Positions 7,501 to 16,500 of a stretch of DNA of 64,000 nucleotides are shown in pieces. Position numbers and translations under genes: made by a program. How positions within the stretch are numbered: the first letter of the stretch is position 1; each line of letters opens with the position of its first letter. The notes under the pieces were generated by a model, which had not been told where the DNA came from, searched no databases, and worked only from the letters and a program-made list of their open reading frames with translations. Source of the DNA: an archaeon (GTDB lineage: Archaea; B1Sed10-29; WALL01); NCBI GenBank assembly GCA_042584585.1, contig JBHOSQ010000004.1, positions 8,786 to 72,785 of the forward strand. Direction: 5' to 3'.

Positions 7501-8065
7501 GGACAAGGCAAACAAGCTGGGCGAAGAAAAGGAATCTGTATTGGCGCTGATGGAAGAAATCGAGTCGCACAGAAAAGAGGCGTTCATGGAAGCGTTCAGC
7601 GAGATTCGCAACCACCTCAACAAGATTTACAAGCGGTTTTATCCAGAGACCGAGGCGTATGCCGACATCAGCCTGCAGAACGAGGCCGAGCCCTTCGAGG
7701 GCGGGTTGCTTATCGAGGCGAGGCCGGCCGGCAAGCAAATGAAAATTATTGACGCGATGAGCGGCGGCGAAAAAACGCTTGCCGCGCTGGCGTTCCTCTT
7801 CGCGGTGCAGGAGTACAAGCCGAGCCCGTTCTACATACTTGACGAGGCCGACGCCGCGCTGGACAAGCCGAACTCAGAGCGCTTGGCGCACATGATTCAG
7901 ACGCGGACCGGGGACTCACAGTTCATAGTGATTACGCACAACAACCCGATGATTCACGTGAGCGACCAGATTGTTGGCGTGTCGATGAACAAGGAAAAGG
8001 GCAGCTCCATCGTTGAAGTGGACTTGAAGCGGCTTGAGGCAAGCGACGCCCTGAGCCTCAAGTAA
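4547..8065 (+). CDS. smc: Chromosome segregation ATPase SMC
   Basis: About 1170 aa. Walker A GPNGSGKSN, long coiled coils, hinge region, signature MSGGEKTLAALAFLFA, Walker B FYILDEADAALD. ATG at 4547 (a GTG at 4544 is possible). Confidence 0.95.
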   Translation: MGKIEKIKMKDFKSFRNVIIPFVDGFTSVVGPNGSGKSNLNDAIMFVLGEGSMKSLRAGRLTDLVHHSSKSGEAEVVIDLRDNKEKYTVSRSIDKKGSSVYRLNGKRTTKTDVIELLNSMSIPPEGYNIIMQGDVMSIINMTPKQRREYIDDISGIAEYNQKKDKAMRELEKVEEKIKEANIILYERGGYLKEIKKERDEALRYKRFDEDRKQLKHSIIYSELTEVEANYKESSEKVATLRKDLDELQDNLKKVSAQITNWENQLKALQQEIMDKGADDQRDISREIEQLKSKLSITQEKIKNRREDITAAKAEIEKAKRLIEEGRAEAGEKKEALKKLKEEDDAYAARIKEKGGELEAYMAELREKNLLVGDITKKLEDMNDDIAKKKELFYEVKGRLDQIREKISVKKLSMSDRGVEREESDKRIDELKEAFDTVNHQFAEQKRRFKGHEQELEQMFAQEKALNKEYSEVDSELDAVREKYHSLQSKVTTIRHMTGNTASDSVMKAKDELPGVIGTVEELCSFDVEYATAIQTAAGARMHFIVTKDSAAATNAIKWLKRKKLGRTTFIPLDRIRPIEISQQAENAMRNPKAIDFAIKLVKFKKEHHNVFSYVFGDTVVVENIDAAKEIGFGTCRMATMDGDLAEASGAVTGGFKRGSLTLQEIKNVDELKEKSEKLQKKQEKLMRGLEELREKMNYSRSQKAEAELKAAESEVRVNELQQRMDDHRTMTKKYSLSAEDIEKEIASMKTELIENEKKMKELQADIHEAEEKKELAKEKIDSPESRVVSQRLEEMQKRVQSLRDQRAEVMIQINSINAELDKYMGEREKARLEAVKENEDLIKEWAEQVKSLEKDDKEAQVVLKEKLVQEKEISSSIRGLVERRDSLEGEVRKLAEQRGQLQRQSESKQSLFNDENFKKAKWETRLTDLKAEFDEEAPVKDFKMSIDEMKEEVENLRNKMIRLEPINLAAVEKYDKYVAELDVMKDKANKLGEEKESVLALMEEIESHRKEAFMEAFSEIRNHLNKIYKRFYPETEAYADISLQNEAEPFEGGLLIEARPAGKQMKIIDAMSGGEKTLAALAFLFAVQEYKPSPFYILDEADAALDKPNSERLAHMIQTRTGDSQFIVITHNNPMIHVSDQIVGVSMNKEKGSSIVEVDLKRLEASDALSLK

Positions 8066-8097
8066 AGCATTTAAGTACCACTCTCTTTATTGCCACC

Positions 8098-9168
8098 ATG
8101 CAACTGGTTTGCCCGCGCTGCAAGAAAAAGTACAAGCCAGCCAAAGGCAGGTACTTGTGTGACTGCGGCTCTGTCATGCTTGTGGAGTACAAGAAGCTGC
8201 GCTGGGACCCAAAAGGAGATGGAGTGTGGAGGTACAAGTCTTGCCTGCCGCACAAGGGAAAGCATTACTCACTCCAGGAGGGCGGGACCCCGCTCGTGAA
8301 GGGGCTGGACCGGGACGCATACTACAAGCTCGAGGGCGACAACCCCACCGGCTCGTTCAAGGACAGGGGCACGACGGTGGTTGTGTCGAAGGCGGTTGCG
8401 GACGGGTTCAAGTGCGTGAGCGCCGCGTCGACCGGCAACATGGGCGCGAGTGTGGCTGCGTACGCCGCTTACTCGAACATCAAGTCCAAGATATTCATCC
8501 CGACAAACACTGCTGTGAACAAGCTGGCCCAAATAATCGCTTACGACGCCAAGCTCATTAAGGTGAAGGGGAACTACCACGACGCGGTCACTAAGTCATG
8601 GGAAGACGGCGCAAAGGGAAGCTGCCTCGCGATGACTGGGATTAACCCATACTACCTGGAGGGAGAGAAGACGCTCGGGTATGAATTGTTCGAGGGCATG
8701 GGCGTCCCGGACAAAATAATCGTGCCCGTTGGCACCGGGGGCTTAATCACGGCGATTCACAAGGCGTTCGTAGAGCTTAAGCAAATGAAAAAAGCCAAGA
8801 AGATCCCTCAGATGATTGGGGTGCAGCCCGTGAACTGCGCGCCGATCGCAAAGGCATGGGCGGCGGGGCTGAACCGTGCCGAGCGCGTGGAAAAGTGCAA
8901 CACGATTGCCTCCGCCATATTGGTGAAGACTCCATTCAACGACTTGACCGCGCTGAACGCCATTCGCGATTCAAAGGGCGAGGCCGTGACCGTGACTGAA
9001 GGGGCGATAAAGAAGTCCATTAGGGGATTGGGGCGAGAGGGCGTGTTCGCAGAGCCCGCGAGCGCGACTGCATTGGCTGCGTATGAAAAAATCGACAAGA
9101 AAAAAGGCGACAAGATTGCCTTGATAATCACTGGCTCCGGGCTGAAGGACCCGAGCGCGGTTATTTGA
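8098..9168 (+). CDS. thrC: Threonine synthase (short archaeal type with N-terminal Cys4 ribbon)
   Basis: CPRCKKKY...CDCG, then GGTPLV...LEGDNPTGSFKDRG (PLP-lysine motif) and the typical fold-type II PLP enzyme layout. Confidence 0.8.
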   Translation: MQLVCPRCKKKYKPAKGRYLCDCGSVMLVEYKKLRWDPKGDGVWRYKSCLPHKGKHYSLQEGGTPLVKGLDRDAYYKLEGDNPTGSFKDRGTTVVVSKAVADGFKCVSAASTGNMGASVAAYAAYSNIKSKIFIPTNTAVNKLAQIIAYDAKLIKVKGNYHDAVTKSWEDGAKGSCLAMTGINPYYLEGEKTLGYELFEGMGVPDKIIVPVGTGGLITAIHKAFVELKQMKKAKKIPQMIGVQPVNCAPIAKAWAAGLNRAERVEKCNTIASAILVKTPFNDLTALNAIRDSKGEAVTVTEGAIKKSIRGLGREGVFAEPASATALAAYEKIDKKKGDKIALIITGSGLKDPSAVI

Positions 9169-10504
9169 GCCCGACTTTTCTCTCGAAGTCGTCCAGCGCG
9201 TCGTTGAGGTTGGGGCTGCCTATTTCTTCGAGGTTGTAGCGCACGCGGACCACTGGCTTGTTGGCGTTCACTATTTTGCCTAAGTCAATTGGCGTGCCGC
9301 TCACGACCACGTCGCACTCAACACGGTTGATTGTTTCCTCAAGGTCTTTCAGCTGTTGGGCGTTGTAGCCCATGGCCGGCAAAACCTTGTCGAGCTGCGG
9401 GAACTCCGCGAACACTTCTTTAAGGCTCTCGGACAAGTAGGGTTTGGGGCTAACGATTTCGGATGCGCCAAACCGCTTTGCCGCCACGAGGCCCGCGCCG
9501 TAGGACATGTTCCCGTGCGTTAGGGTCGGGCCGTCCTCCACGACGAGCACGCGCTTGTCGCGGATTTCCGCCTCGTCCTCGACAGAAACCGGAGAGTTGG
9601 CGTGGATTATTTTTGCTGCTGGGTTGATGGACTCCAGAGTTTCCGCGACGCGGTCGATGTTCTCCCGCTTCGCTGTGCCTTCCTTGTTGATTATCAAATA
9701 GTCGGCAAGGCGTGCGTTGACTTCGCCGGGGTATGAGCCGACTTCGTGGCCCGGACGGTGTGGGTCGGCCACAGTAATCAAAAGGTCGGGCACATAAAAC
9801 GAGACCTCGTTGTTTCCGCCGTCGAAAACGATTACGTCTGCCTCTTCCTCGGCGTGCTCCAGGATTTGCTCGTAGTCCACGCCCGAGTAAATGACGAGAC
9901 CGCGCTCGATGTACGGCTCGTACTCTTCGCGCTCTTCGATGGTGCAGTTGTACTTGTCAAGGTCTTCGTAAGTGGCGAAGCGCATGACCGTCTGCTCGAC
10001 CAAATCGCCATAGGGCATGGGCTCGCGGATTGCCACGACTTTGTAGCCACGCTTCTTGAGCAGCTCCACGACCTTGCGGGACGTCTGGCTCTTGCCGCAC
10101 CCAGTGCGGACGGCTGTGACTGCGATGACTGGCTTGCTGGCCTTAATCATTGTTGTCGACGGGCCGATTAGGCGGAAGTCCGCCCCTGCGGAAAGGGCGC
10201 GGGACGCCTTGTGCATGACTTCGGCGTAGGCGAGGTCGGAGTATGCGAGCACGACCAAGTCAACGCTGTTTCCTTTCACAAACGACTCGAGCTCGTCCTC
10301 CGGAATGGTCTTGATTCCCTCGGGGTATAGCTTGCCCGCGAGCTGTTGTGGATACCGCCTCATCTCGCCCTCGATAGTGCCGAGGTTCTGCTCCCCGGCC
10401 ATGGTGAAGGCAAGCACTTCGTAGTTAGGGTTGTCCCTGAACAGCCGGTTGAAACAGTGGTAGTCCATGCCTGCTGCGCCTATGATCACGACTCTAGTTG
10501 CCAT
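9161..10504 (-). CDS. Cyclic 2,3-diphosphoglycerate synthetase-like P-loop protein
   Basis: 447 aa. N-terminus VVIIGAAGMDYHCFN and internal P-loop AVRTGCGKSQ match my recollection of the CPGS family. It starts 8 nt after the stop of the giant gene on the same strand. Confidence 0.5.
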   Translation of the reverse strand: MATRVVIIGAAGMDYHCFNRLFRDNPNYEVLAFTMAGEQNLGTIEGEMRRYPQQLAGKLYPEGIKTIPEDELESFVKGNSVDLVVLAYSDLAYAEVMHKASRALSAGADFRLIGPSTTMIKASKPVIAVTAVRTGCGKSQTSRKVVELLKKRGYKVVAIREPMPYGDLVEQTVMRFATYEDLDKYNCTIEEREEYEPYIERGLVIYSGVDYEQILEHAEEEADVIVFDGGNNEVSFYVPDLLITVADPHRPGHEVGSYPGEVNARLADYLIINKEGTAKRENIDRVAETLESINPAAKIIHANSPVSVEDEAEIRDKRVLVVEDGPTLTHGNMSYGAGLVAAKRFGASEIVSPKPYLSESLKEVFAEFPQLDKVLPAMGYNAQQLKDLEETINRVECDVVVSGTPIDLGKIVNANKPVVRVRYNLEEIGSPNLNDALDDFERKVGLK

Positions 10505-10512
10505 AACTCAAA

Positions 10513-13500
10513 TCACTTCAAAAGTTTTTTGATCTCGTCTTTTTTGAAAAGTAGCTGGAAGTCTGCCTCGCCAATCTTGCTCTTGTCGTCGGTCCGAACC
10601 GCGTCGTCGAGCACAGACATATTCGCTTCCTGCCCTTCAATCAGCTTGGCCATTGCGCTGCGATTCTTTCCGGTGAGCGACGCCATCGCGTCCTTCGCCG
10701 CCTTGAGGTTCTCTTCGAACAGTTTCAGCCTGCGCTTTGTCTCTGGAGTGAACTCGCTCGGAGGCCTGCGCACTGGCTTTTTGGGTGCCGCTTTGACGGC
10801 TTTGTGTGTAGCTACCTTGGCTGCTGGTTGGGGTGTCGCCGCCTTCGGCGCGGACACCTCCGTCTTCGGAACTAATGGCACCTTATCCGCGGGCTTTCCT
10901 CCCGGGGCAACTTTGGAGACTTTCTTGCTCAAGGCATCGACATCCCTAAGCACAACGCGTATGTACGCGACATCGTTCTTCTCGAGTGCATTGACGAGAG
11001 ATTGCCTGTCCCCGGCAAGGGCTTCAAGCTCGTTCTCCAACAACTTGACATTGGAGCCCTTCTTTTTCGCGAGTGAAATGTCCCTGTGGAAAGTATCCAG
11101 CATTCCATCAAACGCCGCGAGCTGCCCCGCTGTTTCGGCAGACAGCGCCTTCTTTGGCGCCGCCGGCTCTGTCGCGGCTGCCCCCCGACTTGCTTCGGTT
11201 GGCTTCTTGGGTAGGGGCTTTGTTTCTTCTTTTGGCTTAAGCATGTCCGTCGGCTTTACAATCTTCCGGGGTGTCTCCCGGAGTGCTTTTTTGGGTGTCG
11301 CCGCCTTCAGCGCGGACACCCCTGCCTTTGGCGCGGGCTTTTTGGTTGCCACTGGCTTCGGTGGCTTGCCGAGCGGGCCGATTGTTATGTGGCCGCGCAG
11401 CACGAGGAACACACCCACGAGTACAGCGACGAGCAAGAGCACTGACACTCCCTCGACAATAGGGATGGAGGTTATGTCCGCGATTTCGGGCGTTGGGGTG
11501 GGCGTCGCCGTTGGCTCTGGCGTGGCAACTGGCGTTGGGGTCGCCGTCACGTTTGGAGTGGAAGTTGGCTCTGGTACAACCACAGGCGGTGCGGCAGCGA
11601 ATAGCTTGGGATTGTCCAGTTCCGTGATGAGGCGGTCCATGACCGCAAGGAGCATTTCCTTCTGCACCGTGTAGTTGATGCTTACTTTTCCGGACACGTC
11701 CCCGAACTCGAACGACACAATCGGGTCGTCCTTGAGGATTGTCACGTCCGCCGGCGGATAAACGTCAATTATCAAGTCCGAAGCGATTTCGCTGAATTCC
11801 TTGGGCACTTCGTCCACGAGCACGAGGTCAAGCACGGGCTCCGAGAAGTCAACAGACAGGGTCAGTGAAGTATTGGTCGTGAAGAAGATGTACTCGGTGG
11901 AGTAGTCAAACGCACGTGTCACGTCGGCCACCTGGCGTGCCTGTGACGACGAGTCAACAAGGTCCGCGCCAACGCGCTCGCCGAGTGCCTGCTGTACCAG
12001 CGGGTCCTCCAATTCTTCGAGGATTGAGCTCTCGGAGTACTCGTCTTCCGTGAAGTTTGCTATGACGGGCTCGACCTTGACGATGCCGCCGCCTCCTCCT
12101 CCTCCGCCACCGCCGCCAGTGTCGTCGTCGCGGGCCCCTCCAGTTGGCGCTGCGGGAGCGGCAGCGTAGCTGATGGTGTCGTTGACTGGCGCGGCGGTGT
12201 TGTTTGGCATGTCCTTGCACCTGCCGTACACAGTCTTGGTGCCGTAACTCGAAGAAAGGGTCCAGGCGACCGTGTCGCCGTAGTCATACCACGCGGACCA
12301 CGTCGTGTTGTCGTTGCTGTACTGGCAGTAGACCGCGCCGACCGCGGTCATGTCAAGGTTGACGTTTGGCGACGTGGTGCTGGCGCCGCCGCTGTTGATT
12401 GAGAGCGATTGGTTGGCCGGGGGCGTGGTATCGTTGGCGCCCACTATGCCGGAGAGGTGTGGCAGGAATATCTTGGTCTTATTGTCTACTGTGGTGTTGT
12501 AGCAGGGCGAGCCCGTGTAGCCCTCGCACGCTGTGATGATGGGGTCGCACGTCGGCGACTCTAGCGAGCCGTGGCAGTAGAACAGCGAGTCATAGACCAC
12601 GGGGAGGAATATGGTGGCGTTGTAGTCGTCATAGAACGGCTCGAACTCTTCGAACTGGTCCACCCAAACCATGTCGACTACCGCGGTGACGATGCCCGTG
12701 AGCGCGTCCGTGACGTCAGACGTTTCGTTGTAGATGGTGAGCGTGTTCGCCCATGACGCGTTGGAAGCGAGGAGGTTCGTGATGTTTAGCCAGACGTTGG
12801 TCGTGTTGGCCACTATGTTGACTCGCGTGTCTAGGAGCGTGAGGTTATCGTAGTCAGGGAGGTCGGTCTCGTTCGCGAAAGTAACGTTCAGCGTCGCGTT
12901 GGTCGTTGCGTTGAGCAGCCAGTCAGTGACGTTTACAGTGGCGTCCGTGAACACCCAGCGCTCGCTCGACAGGAGGTTGGCGCCGGTGTCGTTGGCGTAG
13001 ACCGTGACGCGGTGCAGGCCCCCGGGCCGCGTGATGTTCATGGTGCTGTTGTCTGTAATGGTGGTGTTGGTGAGGCCGTCCAGGCCGAACCAGGTTGTGT
13101 CGACGAGGCCGTCAACTTCATAGGTAAGTGTCACTCCGGTTTCGTTCCAGTCAAGCCTTCGTGCAGCGGCTCCGGAGTACGACGATAGGTTCGTGGGCGC
13201 GGTGACATTCAGCGAGAGCGGGGTGTTGTCTATCGAGAAGTTCAGCATGGACGAGTTGGTTAGGCCAAGGGTGTCGTTGGCGTAAATGGTGAAGTTGGCG
13301 ATGCCGTTGGATATGCCCGTGGTGTCGTACTGGTACGGCGACAAAATGGTTGTGTTTGCCGAGCCGTTCAGCGAATACCACACGGTGTCTATCCCAATCC
13401 ACTCTGTTATTGCCGGCTTGAGGAGGGTGCCCGGCGGGAATTGCGAGTTGTTGGGCGGGGAGGTCCACGAGATTTCGGGGGCGAACCTGTCGGAGTAAAT

Positions 13501-16500
13501 GGTTATGTTTGTGGTGTTGTCTAGGTTGCCGGCCGTGTCGTTCACCAGGCAGGAGACCAAATACGTGTCGTTGGCCAATTCTGTGCCGTCTATTATCCCG
13601 GTGTAGTTGGAGTAGTTGGTTGTGTTTAGCTTGGTTCCGTTGGACATGTCGACGGTTGTGGACCAAGTCGAATTCGAGACGTTGAGCTGGACGGAGTCGA
13701 CGTGCAGGTCGTAGACGTCAAGGAATACGGATAGGTTTCCGAGCGGCGCGAAGGACGCGTTAGCCGGGTAAGTGAAATTCAGGGACGGCGCGGTGTTGTC
13801 GACCGTGTTGTTCAGCGTGTCGGTCACGGTGTTGCCGACCTCGTCGGTTAGGGTTAGGGTGACTACGACGGCGGCCTCCTGCATCAATGAGCCGTTTACG
13901 TCTGTGCCGTTCCACGTGATGTTCATCTGGGTGTTGTTGGTGGCGGCGCCGGTCGTGTTCCAGTACGACGACGAGTCGTTCACCAGGATGGTGTAGTTGA
14001 ACGGGAGGACGTCAATTGCTGTGAACGTGAAGTTCAGCTCCGTGGCCAGTGCCCCGGAGATGATGTCGCTCGTGGCGTTGAACGCGGTTGTGATGTTGGG
14101 GGCGTTGCTGTCGACCGTGATGTTCACAGGGCCCGACGAGTTGAAGTTGCCCGCCCAGTCGGTTATGTTTACCGTGACGCTTGCGTTGCCGTCGTCGAAC
14201 CACGTGCCGTTAGCGAGCGTTCCGTTCCATGTGACGGTCGTGTTCGAAGAGCTGTTGGCGTCGCCGGTAATCAAGCGCTCCTGCACGCCGTTGCTTATGT
14301 TGACCTCGTAGGTGACGGCCTCGCTCGGGCCGAACGTTATGTTTGCCTCGTGTGAGAGGTTGAGGGACAGCTGCGTCACGTCGATTACCATCGATGCCAG
14401 GAAACTCGGGATGATGCTGTCGATGTTGATGGTGATTGGCGAGCTGCTCTGCTGGTTGGATGACACGTCGGTGACCGTTGCGACGACGCGCGAAGAGCTG
14501 AAGTTCACCGAGCCGTTCACGGACTTGCCGTCCCACTCAAGGGTAACGGGGGTGGCCGCGGTGGCGGAGCCGGTGTAGGTCCGTGTGTTCGCGGGGGTCG
14601 ATAGGTCAAGGATTGTCAGGACGTAGCTGCCGGACTTCGTTGAAGTGAACGTTATGTTGGTCGCGTCTTCCGAGCCGGGGCTTGTGTGCGGCGAGATGTA
14701 GTAGTCCGATGCCGAAAGCGTCACGTTGGTGGCTGCGGAGCTGTCGACCTCGACCACTATGCTTGAGTTGCCCTCGTTGCCGTAGGGGTCGTATGCCCTT
14801 GCGACGATGGTGTAGTTGTCTTCGGCGAGTGCCGTCGAGTTATCGTTGGCGGTCCCGTCCCACGTGTGGAGCACCTGGACTCCAGCGGTCGTGGTGCCGT
14901 TAAACGTGCGGGCGCTCGTGCCGTCCGTTATGTTGATTAGGTAGGTCCCGCCCTCGTTCACTGTGAAGGTGAGGTTTGTGTCGCTGTCCGAGACGACTGC
15001 CGAGATATTGTAGTCCGTGGCCGCCAGGTCTGACGTGAACACTGGTGGCGTGCTGTCCAGTGTGACGGTCGTTGAGTCGGTGGTGAAGCTTCGCGCGTAG
15101 TCGTAGAACACGAGCGATGCCGCCCATGTGCCGTTGGTCATTATCGCGCCGTTGTCGTCCGTGCCGTCCCACGTGCACGTCACGCTGGAGCCGCTGTAAG
15201 TGCAGTTCTGTAGTCCGCTTGAGCCACTGCCGCTGCCCGCGGGGGCGCCGGAGCCACTGATGTTGTTGAGTATGCTCATGACGTCGAGGCGCGTGTAGTT
15301 CCTCGTCGAGTTGCTGTCGTATATGGTCGTGCCGTTGTTTACCAGGAGCGTCTCGATTTGTGCGGGCGTGAGTATGGTTGAATTGCGGAGCAGGTAGTCC
15401 TGCTGGATTACCGCGACTGCCCCTGAGACGTGCGGCGCGGCCATGGAAGTGCCGTTGAACTCGGAGTATGCGTCGGACAGTACAGTGGAGTTGATGTTAA
15501 CGCCGGGCGCAAGCACGTCCAAGTTGGGCCCGCGGTTGCTGAACTCGGCCATGGCGTCGGCATCAGTGGAGGCGCCGACCGGGATTACGTAGGGCGAGCA
15601 GGCGGGATAGTTGATTCCGGCGGTCTTGTCGTCGTTGCCGGACGATGCGACAAGTGTGATGTTCGCGGTTTTTGCCGATGACAGTGAAGAATCCATGTAG
15701 GTCGGGCAGGTTCCGTCCGTGTACTCGGGCTCTCCAACCTCACCGAAGCTCATGCTGATTACCGAGATGTTGTAGAGGCTCTGGTTGTTGGTGCACCAGT
15801 CCACGCCGGCGATTGCGTCGGCGAATGAGCCGCTACCAACGTTGTCCAGGACCTTGACCGCGATTATCTTGGCGCCTGGTGCGACGCCCTTGACCGTGCC
15901 ATTGCCCGCGGCGATGCCCGCAACGTGCGTGCCGTGGTTGTAGTCGTCGACGGGGTCGGTGTCGTCGTTGACGTAGTCGTACCCACCGATGACTTTGGCG
16001 CAAGTGCCTGCCAGGAATTCGGCCTGGGTGCAGTTGCCGAAGTCGTCGTGCGTGTAGTCGACACCGGAGTCAATTATGCAAATGTTTTGGTCGACGCCCG
16101 TGGAATTGATGCCGCCGGACTGGCGGAGCCACGCGTCGTCCGCGTTGGTGAGGGGGACACTGACCGAGCGGCTGGCGTAAATCGGCCGGTCGTATGCTAT
16201 TGCGGATACGGCGCCGCTTTCGCGGAGCTTGTGCATTCCTTCGCGGGATATTTCTCCGGCGAGGGCGTTGGCCGTGGAGTACTGGTAGAGCGTGGAGAAC
16301 TCGGTTGAGTTCACTGCGGCAAGCGCTTCGTTCTGGTTTTCCAGGACCGTGCCAACGTCGGCGAGGATGATGATGACGCTTGCTGTGTCGCCGAGGGCGA
16401 TGTCCCTTTCTACCTCGGAGTCGACCGAGGCACCGGACAGGTCTGCGCCTGCGTTGCCGGTGAGGGTGGCGTTGAGGGTGCCGTCCGTTATGAGTATGTT

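Noticed and set aside
5233-7738. Several long - strand ORFs inside smc (5233..5700, 5722..6603, 6706..7623, 7274..7738)
   Set aside because: They are antisense to the Glu/Lys-rich coiled-coil codons and give Ser/Phe/Leu-rich nonsense. The smc frame carries all the diagnostic motifs.
10346-11674. 442-aa + strand ORF opposite the 3' end of the giant gene and the start of the CPGS-like gene
   Set aside because: The product is Ser/Ala/Phe-rich low complexity and lies antisense to a K/P/A-rich coding region. It crosses two well-supported - strand genes, so it is a typical shadow ORF in GC-rich DNA.
12085-12117. The G11-encoding run as a slippage-prone phase-variation tract
   Set aside because: The 11 Gly codons are mixed (GGC/GGT/GGA), not a homopolymer or a perfect short repeat, and the length is in frame. 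It more likely encodes a flexible linker.
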